Origin: Eledone cirrhosa
Taxonomy: Eukaryota
DNA length: 64,000 nt
Assembly: GCA_964016885.1 (NCBI GenBank)
Contig: OZ024743.1
Location: 193,316,001 to 193,380,000 of the forward strand
Direction: 5' to 3'
In this document: positions 1-11,539 of the stretch, one piece after another
Numbering within the stretch: the stretch's first letter is position 1
Layout of the letters: each line of letters starts with the position of its first letter
Position numbers and translations under genes: made by a program
Notes under the pieces: generated by a model
The model's database searches: none
What the model was told of the DNA's origin: nothing
The model's input: the letters and a program-made list of their open reading frames with translations, nothing else

Positions 1-7
1 TTTTAAC

Positions 8-60
8 CTTGTCCCACCCTTGCAAGCAGGGAAAAGCGGACATAAAATGATGAGGATGAT
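8..60 (+). mobile_element. 3' end of an older RTE-family element with (GAT)n-like tail
   Basis: ccacccttgcaagcagggaaaagcggacataaaatgatgaggatgat resembles the terminal motif (cccatgcaagcgtggaacacggacgttaaa + GAT repeats) of the other RTE copies. Confidence 0.6.
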
Positions 61-86
61 TGTGTGTGTGTGTGCACGTGTATATA

Positions 87-2689
87 TCATCATCATCATC
101 ATCATCATCAACGTTTAACATCCGTGTTCCACGCTTGCATGGGTTTGGACGGGGGTTTTCCCACTTGAGGCAAGAGTGATTGTCTTGCTCGCATAGGACT
201 GTCTGGCAGGTTTTCTACAGTTGGATGCCCTCCCTAACACCAACCACATTTACAGTGTGGGTCTGGGAGGTTTTTACCGTGTTGCCTACACGGCCACATT
301 ACAGCGTGGACTGTGTGTTTTTTGTCGTGACACCTACACGATCTCATTTGTTTCGGCCTGGATTTTGTGGCACCAACATAACTTTACATAGAAGGGGGCG
401 GTGTGGATGGGGTGGGGGTGGTGGGACGGGGGTGTATTTTGTTAGAGATGCCTACTGACTGTAGTAGGTTTTACTTTGTATTTAGGTAAGGCGGGTCTTC
501 TCTATTACTGAGTACCGCCAAAGGTCTCGGTCCAGTGACATTGTCTTGGTGAGGTGTAAGTGTGTGAGGTCGGAGTTTATCAGCTCGTCCCAGGTTTTTC
601 TGGGTCTGCCTATTCCGTGGCTACCGTCTATCTTTATTGCCCTGCACTTTGTTATACAGCTATCGTCCTTCATGCGCATCATGTGACCATACCAACGTAG
701 CCTTCTCTCTAGTAAACAACATCTGATCCCTCTTATTTCTAATTTTTTCCTTAGTTCGTTTATGCTTTGTCGTTCACGTATATTACTATTACACATCCAG
801 CGGAGCATGCAAGCTTCGTTTCTCTCTAGTCTGCGTATATCCTCTGCACACAATGCCCAGGTCTCACTGCCATGCAACATTGCTGTTCGTATGCAGGCAT
901 CGTACAGCCTGCCTTTCATTTTTAGGGAGAACCCTTTAGCGGCTAATAGTGGTATAAGCTCTCTGAACTTTTTCCACCCAGTTCTGACTCTAGCTACTGT
1001 ACTTTCAGAGCACCCTCCCCCACTGCTGATTTTGTCACCCAGGTAACGGAAGCTGTCCACTATTTCTATAGAACCCTCTGCGCAGTTGAAAGAGCTAGTA
1101 TTCCGTGGGCACTTGCTGCTACTTATTGCCCCAGAACACCGGCCACATGTAAAATCTATGTTCTTAGCTAGCTTACCTGTGATCCCACTACATCTTTTAT
1201 GCACCCAAACTTTGCATTTGGGACACAAAATGGAATTTCTACCTACGCCTTTCCTACACTCTGCGCATGGCCACTTCCCGGAGGGGACCGCCGCCTTATT
1301 TTCTTTCTTACAAACTAGAACTTTAGTCTTAGCCAGGTTAATTTTAAGGCCTTTTGATTCTAGGCCGTGCTTCCATGTTTGGAATTTCTTCTCTAGGTCG
1401 GCCATTGATTCAGCTATGAGCGTTAGATCATCTGCATATAGGAGTTCCCATGGGCAGCCGGTCTTGAACTCCACTGTTATAGCCTGGAGGGCAATAATAA
1501 ATAGTAGGTGGCTAAGAACAGAGCCCTGATGAACACCAACTTTTACACTAAACTCTTCACTATATTCGTTGTTAATTCTAACCTTGCTGACTGTTTCTTT
1601 ATACATGGCTTGTATAGCTCTCACAAGCCATTCATCAACACCTAGTTTTCTAAGAGCCCACCAGATAATGGAACGGGGGACTCTGTCGAAGGCCTTCTCC
1701 AAGTCGACGAAAGCTAAGTATAGGGGTTTACTTTTAGCTAGGTACTTCTCCTGTAGTTGTCGTACAATGAAAAGAGCGTCTGTGGTACTTTTTCCTGACA
1801 CAAACCCGAACTGCATTTCATCTAGATCAATTCGCTCTCTGATTAGTTGCGCTATTACTTTTTCCGTGACCTTCATGACCTGGTCGATTAATTTAATGCC
1901 TCTATAGTTACTCCTATCTAGGGCATCTCCTTTACCCTTATAACAGTTAACGATAATGCTGCTACGCCAGTCCTTCGGAACAACCCCATTCTGTATGACT
2001 TGGTTGACTATCCGGGTGACCATGGTGTGTCCCACCATACCAGATGCCTTCAGCATCTCGGCAACTATTTCCGAAGGCCCAGCCGCCTTGCCTGTCTTCA
2101 TATCTTTGATTGCCTTACTTATTATACTACCCTCGACTAACACTGCTGGTCCCTCTATTGGGTCGATGTGGGGGAGACTGTCTTTCTCCCATTTATTCTC
2201 CTCATTTAGTAGCCTTTCATAGTGACACTTCCAAGCTACCTTCTTATCGGCGTCGGTGATGGCAAGTACGCCGTCATCGTTAAGTACACACTTCTCCCCG
2301 ACAATATCACTGTTTTCCTTGACACATTGCCTAGCAATCCTGAACACCTCACGTTTTTGGTCCTCACGTTGTAGAACATGCTTGAACTTTCTTTCCTCTG
2401 CTTCCCTTCTTGCGAAGTACACTTGTCTCCTAGCTTCCCTCCTGGCCACTTGATAGTCTTCTCTACTTCCCCCATCCCGCCATACTTTCCAAGCCTGCTT
2501 TTTGGCCTTAATTGACCCCTCCACCTTACTGTTCCACCACCATGTTACTCTCCTCCTGCCTACAGGCCTGCTCCAGCCACAGACTTCGTCTGCCGCCGTC
2601 AGCAGGTTTGCTTTCAGGAATTCCCACTGTTCCTCTACCTTGTACGTCTCTAATTTCTCTTCCTCACTGTCGAAAGCATCAAGTAATAT
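87..2689 (-). mobile_element. RTE-clade LINE, young 5'-truncated copy 1
   Basis: (CAT)n tail at 87-110, ~370 bp 3' UTR and intact RT ORF. Similarity to the longer copy at 20.2-23.9 kb stops at ~2689. Candidate TSD tatatatca at 81-89 and ~2699-2707. Confidence 0.95.
482..2524 (-). CDS. RTE LINE reverse transcriptase, N-terminally truncated (no APE domain), with embedded PHD finger
   Basis: Motifs NYRGIKL, QFGF, AFVDLEKAFD, GVHQGSVLS, LLYADD, FRYLG and the RTE C-terminal RRLRWYGH/GRPRKTW. Confidence 0.93.
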   Translation of the reverse strand: MEGSIKAKKQAWKVWRDGGSREDYQVARREARRQVYFARREAEERKFKHVLQREDQKREVFRIARQCVKENSDIVGEKCVLNDDGVLAITDADKKVAWKCHYERLLNEENKWEKDSLPHIDPIEGPAVLVEGSIISKAIKDMKTGKAAGPSEIVAEMLKASGMVGHTMVTRIVNQVIQNGVVPKDWRSSIIVNCYKGKGDALDRSNYRGIKLIDQVMKVTEKVIAQLIRERIDLDEMQFGFVSGKSTTDALFIVRQLQEKYLAKSKPLYLAFVDLEKAFDRVPRSIIWWALRKLGVDEWLVRAIQAMYKETVSKVRINNEYSEEFSVKVGVHQGSVLSHLLFIIALQAITVEFKTGCPWELLYADDLTLIAESMADLEKKFQTWKHGLESKGLKINLAKTKVLVCKKENKAAVPSGKWPCAECRKGVGRNSILCPKCKVWVHKRCSGITGKLAKNIDFTCGRCSGAISSSKCPRNTSSFNCAEGSIEIVDSFRYLGDKISSGGGCSESTVARVRTGWKKFRELIPLLAAKGFSLKMKGRLYDACIRTAMLHGSETWALCAEDIRRLERNEACMLRWMCNSNIRERQSINELRKKLEIRGIRCCLLERRLRWYGHMMRMKDDSCITKCRAIKIDGSHGIGRPRKTWDELINSDLTHLHLTKTMSLDRDLWRYSVIEKTRLT

Positions 2690-2749
2690 ATATATATATA
2701 TATATCAAGTAAGTTTGTTTTGAAACTGTGAATGAAGTTTGAAATTTAG

Positions 2750-3212
2750 TAGAAATAGAAGCTTTCGCCATATTTTTTGACTAAAGAAATTTTAGCCTGA
2801 TAACATCCAGCCCACACTGTAAAGAGGTCATGTAGGTTTCACGAAAAAAACACCCAGCCCACACTGCAAATGTGGTTATGTAAGAGACACAACAAAAAGC
2901 ATCCAGCACACTATAAATGTGGTTGGCGTTAGGAAGAGCAACCAGCCAGAAACAGTCCTTTCTGAGCGAGACACAGTCACCTGACCCAACTTGCCTCAAA
3001 TGGGACAAACCCGCCTAACCGATGCTAGCGTGGAAAATAGACGTTAAATGATGATGATGATGAGTGGGGCTTAAAACCCTCTAAAAAATGTAAAAGGATG
3101 AGTATTGACAGATCAATATTCATCCTTTTACATTGTTTTAGAGGGTTTTAAACCCCACTATCAGGTTAAAATTTCTTTAGTAAAAAGAATACGGCAGAAG
3201 CTTCTATTTCTA
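2750..3212. mobile_element. ~200 bp fold-back (MITE-like palindrome) interrupted by an RTE 3' fragment
   Basis: 2750-2802 plus 3064-3108 is the near-perfect reverse complement of 3112-3212. Both ends are TA. Confidence 0.75.
2803..3063 (+). mobile_element. RTE 3'-UTR-only insertion (SINE-like) with (GAT)n tail
   Basis: Two to three ccacactgtaaatgtggtt modules, the gttaggaag..catccagc-like motif and a gatgatgatga tail. Confidence 0.85.
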
Positions 3213-3221
3213 ATATATATA

Positions 3222-3399
3222 TCCCATACTGTAAATGTGGTTGGCGTTAGGAAGGGCATCCAGCCATAGAAAACCAGCCAGAAACACCCCTATTTGAGTG
3301 AGACATGGTCACCCAACACAACTTACTTTAAAATGGGACCTGTCTAACCCATGCTAGCGTGGAAGATGGACGTTAATTGATGATGATGATGATGATGAT
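3222..3399 (+). mobile_element. RTE 3'-UTR-only insertion with (GAT)n tail
   Basis: ctgtaaatgtggttggcgttaggaagggcatccagcc...cccatgctagcgtggaa...(GAT)7. Confidence 0.85.
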
Positions 3400-3453
3400 A
3401 TATTGTATATAATCCTATATATGTCATACCATCTTACATACATTTATTATATA

Positions 3454-4348
3454 CTAGCAGTAAAGCCCGGCGTTGCTCAGGGTCGCTCAGTAGCTGTGTT
3501 AAAGTTACAATGTTAAGTTTCTTTCTTGGCTTAAAAACTGTAGTGTCTACTGTGCAGACTTGCATGTGGTGTTTTTGATTAATATTCCCTCAACCAACAA
3601 TATGCCTTATGAAGTTAAGAAAACATAACGATAACCCGAATGTTATAACAAAAGAGGATGCTGGGGATAGAAACTGCACTGGTTATTTATTAACAAAGAT
3701 CGAAAATGCAAACACTGCAACGCAGAGAAAAACATTAGCGTAACCAAATTATCAGTTATGTCTGTCTGCACGCCTATATCACCTCTCTGCATGACTGTCT
3801 GTCTGCACGCCTATATCACCTCTCTGCACGACTGTCTGTCTGCACGCGTATATCACCTCTCTGCACGACTGTCTGTCTGCACGCCTAACGACGAAATATT
3901 TGCTTGTTTTACGTAGTCTTTAAATAGATTTGTTTTCAAGTAAAAATATTGTTTTAAAATGCTTTTAAATGGAAATGAAGCAAAACGGAAGCTTAGTGTT
4001 CGAACTGATGAATTTTGCAGGTCAATATTTTGCTGGCTCGACAACTGTTCGTGTATTGTGTTAATGTCATTTTAAACGCTGAGAAAGCCAGCGTAATTTT
4101 TTACGTAAGACGCTCAATGTAAACAGAACAAAGGGAAATAACTGATAACTTACGCTCAAAAATCGATACATTATATTCGATTTCGTCACATAGGGTGGGT
4201 CAATTTGAAATATTTTTTTTCCGATGTCTTCGCTAGGGCTCAATGTACAAGTATAGCAATTTCGGTGCAATTCCGTCAGAGATTCTAAGAGGAGATGTGT
4301 GCCAAAAATCGATAGACAGACAGACAACCACAGTTTTATATATATAGA
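3454..4348 (-). mobile_element. Non-autonomous Helitron
   Basis: On the minus strand: A|TCTATATATATAAAA 5' end, subterminal hairpin CCCTGAGCAACGCCGGG and CTAG|T 3' end. Inserted in AT with no TSD. Confidence 0.85.
3759..3886 (+). repeat. 37-bp tandem repeat (~3.5 copies) inside the Helitron
   Basis: Unit tctgtctgcacgcctatatcacctctctgcacgactg. Confidence 0.9.
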
Positions 4349-4456
4349 TTTGAGGTTTTGTAGGGCCAGTAAATATGTTGAATGCTGGTTTATCATGTAT
4401 TTTCATGGAAAATGGTTCAACACACATGGGTCTCTAGGAAAACGCATGCTAAATGA

Positions 4457-4608
4457 TAATGGTTTCTGACATAGGCACAAGGCCAGCAATTCAGAGGGAG
4501 GAAAAAGTCAATTAAATCGACCCCAGCGCATGACTGGTACTTTATTTTATCGACCCCGTAAGGATGAAAGGCAAAGCTAACCTCGGCGCGATTTGAACTC
4601 AGAACATA
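4457..4608 (-). mobile_element. tRNA-derived SINE, partial
   Basis: Minus-strand B box GAGTTCAAATC and core gcctttcatccttacggggtcgataaaataaagtaccag. Confidence 0.85.
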
Positions 4609-6154
4609 AATGATAATGTTGTTGATCATGGTGATATACATATATCATCATCATCATATGTATATAATAATAATAATAATAATTTCTTTATTTGCCACAA
4701 GAGCAATAATAGAAATAATGGCCTCTGATTTAGGCACATGGCCAGGAATTTTGAAGAAAGGGAAAATCAATCACATCAACTCAGTACTTTAAAAGCAAAC
4801 TAACTACAAACACAATATGATCTGTGGTTGTAACGAAAATGTCACACCCATATTCCCTTGATAGGTCACTAGGTCATCACCAAACCTGTGTTTTACTGTT
4901 GGCTAGACAACCAAATAGAACTTTTCCTCTTTAGATTAATGACCAGATATCATAGCAATGGAGACCCGTATAGCTGAAGTTAATAGCAATCAACAGAAAT
5001 AGTCTAACACACCACATAGAGCTGCATCACTTCAGGATTCTTTCAGCCTCAAGATGATAGCAAAATAAATATCAGATTAAATAATTCAAGTATGCCAAGT
5101 ATGTGTATGCATATTTGTATGCCTTGTTTATAACACCTAAGTACAAAATATATTCTTTTATGTTTTTAGTTCCTTTTGCTCCCCATGGAGTATTGGATAA
5201 TGAGATATCCCCCATTCAGTATGGTCATAAAATCCTGTCACAGGCCTGCTTCTACGCCAGGCCTATATTTGTAAATACAAACTCATATATCAAATTATCA
5301 TTAAGTCTTGTGCCATAAATTAGAAAGTTAAAAAGAGGATATATAAACAAACTAAAAAAAAAATTTCAGGAATTTCATACATATAAACAAAACTAAATAA
5401 TTGGGACAGAATTTTATTAAAAGATTGGGAAGGGCATTAGAACAAATAACGGTGAAAACAAAGCAGTAAGAATGAAAATAAGAAACTAAACAAAAGAGAC
5501 AAGATCAAACTATTCAAAAACAATGTAGATGGAAATATCAAAAACTGATTTATTTTTAAAGATTAGGTTAATAGCTAAAAAAAATTTATAATCTTAAAAC
5601 CATAGGTATATTGATTAAAAGGGCAGGGAATTTTGGTAGCAATGGAATTCATAAATTCATATTACCTGTTTCTTAACAGAGAACTTTTCAAAGAGATTCA
5701 GTTGTCTTCTTTACTCAAGCAATTTATTAATATGAATAAAAACAGACATTTAACGTTGTCCCAAGATACTCATCAGACTGGAACTTATTTATTTCAATGG
5801 CATTAAATGACAGAGAATTCTTTTCTCCTTTGGCTAAGCCCCTGCGCACCATTCTCCCCCTTCACTGTCAGTTAACGCACTTGGGATAATTTTCCGTCTA
5901 TATTTGTGTAATTCACTAAAAGACAACTTGTCCTGCCTTGGGCTTTACCTGTTTTGTTATGTCTCAATGTGCACTGGAATGAGCAATATCAACCTTAAAG
6001 CAATGAAACTGTACTGATTTCCAGAAGTTGACTAGGGGGATAGAATTATTCAATTTTCCATTTACTTTGACCTGTACGCTCCCGTTTCGAATATATATAC
6101 CAGCATCAGTTTTGTCTGTTTTTTCCTACAGACATGAGATAGACAAGACTTTTT

Positions 6155-6292
6155 TGAAGCAAAATTCTATAGCTGGATGCTCTTCTTGAAGCAAAATTCT
6201 ATAGCTGAATGCTCTTCTTGAAGCAAAATTCTATAGCTGGATGCTCTTCTTGAAGCAAAATTCTATAGCTGAATGCTCTTCTTGAAGCAAAA
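6155..6292 (+). repeat. 32-bp tandem repeat (~4.4 copies) derived from RTE 3'-UTR sequence
   Basis: Unit ttgaagcaaaattctatagctggatgctcttc contains the ttcta..gctggatgc motif of the RTE UTR. Confidence 0.85.
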
Positions 6293-6607
6293 CCTCACTT
6301 GTCTTTTAAGAAAAATACAGATCTTCACATGTTTAGCAGCTGACCAGTAGGATCTGTTTGTGTAGACCATAAACAAATATGACTAACTGTGATGTTGAAA
6401 GCAAAGAGATGAGACAAGCAGACACACACACACACGTATATACCTCTTCTCACTTTATTCTATCTTTTATTTTTAGACTCTTTTCCTACTATATTAAGCG
6501 TTAAACTATCTTCTTTCAATGTAGTGTTGTTTGCTTTGTTGTTTCTGTTTACTTTTCACACACACACACATTTACATATATATATATATATAATTATCCT
6601 CTTCACT

Positions 6608-6975
6608 GTTTAACATCCATTTTCCATGCTAGTATGGGTTAGACAAGTCTGATCAGGTGACTGTGTCTTGCTCATACAGAACTGATTCGTATGGCTGGAT
6701 GCTTTCCTAGCACCAACCACATTTAAAGTGGGTACTGGGTGCTTTTTGTCCTGACATCTACATGACCCCTTTACAGGGAAAGCTGGGCACTCTGTCATGC
6801 CACAGACACAACCATTTTACAGTCTGGGCTGGGCACTGTTTGTCATGCCACAGACACGACCATTTTACAGTCTGGGCTGGGCACTGTTTGTCATGCCACA
6901 GACACGACCATTTTACAGTCTGGGCTGGGCACTTTGCGTTGTGGCACCAAAACGACCATTTTACAGTTTGAGCTG
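6608..6975 (-). mobile_element. RTE 3'-UTR fragment with internal 48-bp tandem repeat (~4 copies)
   Basis: Terminal ttaacatccattttccatgctag motif. Repeat units start at 6793, 6841 and 6889. Confidence 0.8.
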
Positions 6976-7844
6976 GAGACTTGGATGAGGAAGAGAATAG
7001 CACCCACAATTACATGGTTGTGAAGCAAACTTCTTAACTACAGAGTAACACCTGTACACACACACATATAATAAATATAAAATGTATAGATTGCTCTCAC
7101 AGTCTTCAAAATATGTATCTACACATTGAATTACTGCTCAGTTATCTAAAGCAATGTTATTTCTATACAAACATTTACAACAGCATCCATAAAAAAGAAG
7201 ACCTAAATAAAAGGAAAACCACAAATAACTACCAACAAGTTACAACCAGTAGTCCACTGACATGCATGCTTTGTCTACTGCAACAATTCATACTCCTTTG
7301 AAATATGGATGTAATATGTCAATGTGTTTTTATGCCAATCAACTGAGTAGCCTTTTTTTGAATGTAGTAGTTGAAACAAGATAATTAGTTATAGTTTTTA
7401 AACATTGCTAAAGCTGCACTTATATATAAAAAAAACAAAAATACTATTCACTTTGAAACTGACCCAATGATTAAGATTACAGAATAGATCCGTAACTAAG
7501 GAAGACAAAGAAGTTGAAACACACAAGCCTGCACTGTTAATCATGAATGGGTCACACTTGTTATAATAGGATCACAAGGTCTAGCATGAAGCACAAGAAA
7601 ATACAAACACACTGTCCAAACTTTGAACACTCACGAGAGAATAAACAAATCCATTTTTAACTGATAAAGAACAAAGAGCAAATTATCATTACATTTATTT
7701 AATGACTATTCCAATATCCTTGGATATAAATAATAGTAAACATGTCACAGTTAAACAGATTATATCAACAAAACTTAGTTCTGTCGTGGAAAGGTTTCTA
7801 AAAGCAAGTGAAAAACTAAAAAAAAAACTAAATGATTTTATAAA

Positions 7845-8133
7845 TAATGATTTCTACTATAATCACAAAGCCACAATTAAATCGACCCCAGTGCTTGACT
7901 GGTACTTTATTTTATCGCCCCTGTAAGGATGAAAGGCAAAGCTAACCTCGGCGGGATTTGAACTCAGAACGTAAAGGGATGTAATTCTATTCTATGAAGC
8001 ATGGTGTTCAATGCTCTACTGGTACACGGACACCATGCTTCGTAGCATAGGGTTATGGCCCTTTACGTTCTGAGTTCAAATCCCATCGAGGTTAGCTTTG
8101 TTTTTCGTCCTTACAGAGTCGATAAAGCACCAG
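7845..8133. mobile_element. Head-to-head inverted SINE pair
   Basis: Minus copy ~7845-8022 and plus copy ~8028-8133. Both have the B box and core. Confidence 0.8.
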
Positions 8134-9231
8134 TAATTTTATAAATAATAATAATTAATTCTAACATATGCACAAAGCCAGAAATTTTAGGAGAGGGAAA
8201 GTCAATACTGACCTCAGTACTTTACCGGCACTATATTTTATCAATCACAGAATCATGAAAGGAAAATTTGAATCAATGGGATTTGAATAGGTATCATAGA
8301 GGAACCACACAAGTCCACAGTCACCCTGATAGCTACAGACATACTTTCTTCTGATTTTCTTTCTCCAACCCACAAGCTCATATTGAGAATAGAATCATTC
8401 ACTGTAGCCATTTTTGTCAGTCACCCATGTAATCATAAAATCCACCAGAGGAGAGCAGCTCCCTCTCCAACCTCCCCCTTCTTTTCTAGTGGAACTTGAG
8501 ATAGTTAACAAGAACTTGACTGAAGAGGAAAGTACCTGTCCTTACTTCTCTGAATGTTATCCACCACACCTCTTTTCTATAGCCACTGCCCTTCCCGGTT
8601 AAAGGAGAGTATCCTTGGAAATAATAAAATAGTGTTATATTTTTTTCACTTTCAAAATTAAAGTTGTAATTGAAATTTTTAATTTCAAATGATGATTGAA
8701 ACTGCTCTTTGTTAATACACTAAACAAACAAAAACATTCATTGTTATGAGCTATTTTTCTAAAGAGAGTAACAATAAAATCAATATAGTTCATAAATAGA
8801 TGTCTCTATGCTGACAACAGTTTCCTACAGCACCTAAGCAAACCATCTTTAATGCACTTAGTCTCACCTTTTTTATTATATAAATAGAACACCACGAAAT
8901 ATAAAAAATAAAGCCACAAACTGTTACAATACAAATCTCAATTAGCAGAGTTAAATAAAGTTTTGCATCTATATGAAATAAGTGGCACTCTCTTTTAGCT
9001 TGCTTCAATGATATAAACTATAATTATGTAAAAGATAATTTTAAACATCTGTTAACAGTCGAACCATTATCTTATATAATCAAACAACGCTATGTAAAAA
9101 CCCCAACGACAGCAACTCAATAACTTGTTGAGTCCCATGTCTTGCCACCAATCCCAAATCTCTTTTTAGAAAATATGGTTCTAAATGAACACCTGTTTGC
9201 ATTATATATTTATGACAAACATATTTATGTC

Positions 9232-9460
9232 AAGTATGAATCATATATTCTGATGGGAGACTTCAATGCACACGTTGACACTAACTACCTGACGTGGATA
9301 GGAGTGATTAGAAGTAATGGTAACCTCGATCTAAATACAAATGGAGAAGCCTTACTAGACTTCTGTTCTAGCAAATGGACTCACTATTATGAACACCTTC
9401 CAGCACAGAGACATCCATAGATATACATGGTATAAGGGGAATCAGGGACAGAGATAAATA
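9232..9460 (+). pseudogene. LINE apurinic endonuclease (APE) fragment, RTE-like
   Basis: Translation ILMGDFNAHV...GVIRSNG...NTNGEALLDFC. Confidence 0.75.
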
Positions 9461-10004
9461 ATTTTGGAATCCATTACAATGCAAATGGAGCAATGAATAT
9501 TGAGATTAACAAGGTTGGATTGGGAAGAATGTAAGAGAGATACTTATGTTCACATCCAACACGAACATAAACAATATGGAAGTATAACTTCACTCTAAGT
9601 TCTGAAACTACATACACCTTTGAAAATGGATACCTTATCCAAAATAGATTTGGACTAATAAATATTATTAAAGTAACATCCACATTCAGTTGTTTTTCCT
9701 TCAATTTTACTGTTCATTTTCCTCTCCCTTCATTCAGCCTTGTTACTTTAATTATCTCAGCCCCATTTTCATTGTACTGGCTTCTAAGACCTGTCAATAT
9801 TTTCATACCCTAAAATACTTCCAGCAAACTAAAACACTTAATCCATTATCAGTTTTTATCAGCAATAAAGTACAATTTACTATGTTTCAAGTGATAAACA
9901 TTTGACATTGTTACAAATTATGTAGAGATAACATTACTTACTTTCAACCACACATAAGTAAAATATTTCCCTTTCATTTCTAACAATGGAAATGTTAATA
10001 TTTA

Positions 10005-10441
10005 TCTATATACTACTAAAACTCTGTAATGTAAAACAGCCAAAAAGGTGCATAATGGGAAAATACTTTGAAAGGAAGGGAATACAAATGAAATAAAACA
10101 AGTTTCGCATAACTTGGCGCACGGGTTCCCGAGATACAGGATTTTTCTGGGAACCTTCATAAATAGAGAGAAAGCGATAGTGGTTGTGAGAGAGTAAATT
10201 GAAAGAGAGAAGGAGACAGAGAAAGAAAATGGAAGAGAGAGAGCTGGTGGTGTTGTTGAATGAAATTATAACGCTGACTTCAAAGAAACGAATACAGCAT
10301 TACTGTATCTTGCTAAATAGAAAGGGTTTCTAAGTGTGTGTGAATATGTGTGTGTGTGTGAATATGTGTGTGTGTGTGTATGTGCGTGTGTATGACCAGT
10401 GTATATAAGTCACAGACACCTGCATATATATATGTGTGTGT

Positions 10442-10473
<32 letters not shown>

Positions 10474-10578
10474 GGGCCTTCCAATTTCACTTTACATTAT
10501 ATACATGTCTGTGTATATTTTAATTATTTAAAAATTATTTTTAAGCGAACATGACCCAACGGGTCATGGGTGGTCTAG
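10005..10578 (+). mobile_element. Non-autonomous Helitron
   Basis: A|TCTATATACTACTAAAA 5' end, hairpin CATGACCCAACGGGTCATG (10550-10568) and CTAG|T 3' end. Internal GA/TG/TA microsatellites. Confidence 0.85.
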
Positions 10579-10611
10579 TCATACTTTATTGCTGATAAAA
10601 TAGATTATCAT

Positions 10612-11368
10612 TGATATGCTCCGTTGGATGTGTAATAGTAATATACGTGAACGGCAAAGCATAAATGAACTAAGTGAGAAATTAGGAATAAGAGGGATCA
10701 GATGCTGTTTACTTGAGAGAAGATGTTGGTATGGCCACGTGATGCGCATGAAAGACGACAGCTGTATGAAAATTGCAGGGCGATCAAAATTGATGGTAGT
10801 TACGGAGTAGGTAGACCCAGAAAAACCTGGGACGATCTGATAAATTCCGACCTTACACACTTGCACCTCTCTAAGACAATATCACTGGATCAAGATCTTT
10901 GGCGCCATGCAGTAATACAGATGACCCGTCTTGCCTATGTACAAAGCGAAACCTACAGTCAGTAGGCACCTCCCTCTTAACCAAATATACACCCCAATCC
11001 ACTAACCCTACTCTATCCTCCCACTCCCACCAACCACCAACCTCTCTTTATAAAGTTGGTACCACAACATCCAGTCCAAATAAATGAGATAAATGAGATC
11101 GAGATCGTGTAGGTGTCACGAGAAAAAAACACACAGTCCACGCTGTAATGTGGCCGTGTAGGTAACACAGTAAAAAGTTCCCAGTTCCACACTGTAAATG
11201 TGGTTGGTGTTAGGAAGGGCATCCAGCCGTAGAAAACCTGCCAGATAGTCCTATATGAGCAAGACACGGTCACCCGACCAACCTTGCCTCAAGTGGGACA
11301 ACTCCCGTCTAACCCATGCTAGCGTGGAAAGTGGACATTAAACGAAGATGATGATGATGATGATGATG
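10612..11368 (+). mobile_element. RTE LINE, heavily 5'-truncated
   Basis: MLRWMCNSNIRERQ...WYGHVMRM, GRPRKTWDD, 3' UTR and (GAT)n tail. Confidence 0.92.
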
Positions 11369-11539
11369 TTTATGAATGTACATATCCCGTAAAGCCTCTA
11401 AACTCTAACATTACTTTGCTATTTCACTGAACATGAGCAAGAACCCCTTGACCATCATCAAGCAATCGCACAGCCTTTTTTCCTTCCAGGTACATAGAAC
11501 TGCTACTCAAGGAAGTAATAAATGTCAAGGTACAAATCT

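Noticed and set aside
762-2475. Antisense and alternative-frame ORFs overlapping the RT, repeated in copies 2 and 3
   Set aside because: Shadow ORFs of the RT frame. Recurrence reflects copy identity.
5745-5782. CTGATGAG on the minus strand as a hammerhead or C/D snoRNA
   Set aside because: No intact GAAA box, poor stems I and II, and no convincing D box with terminal stem.
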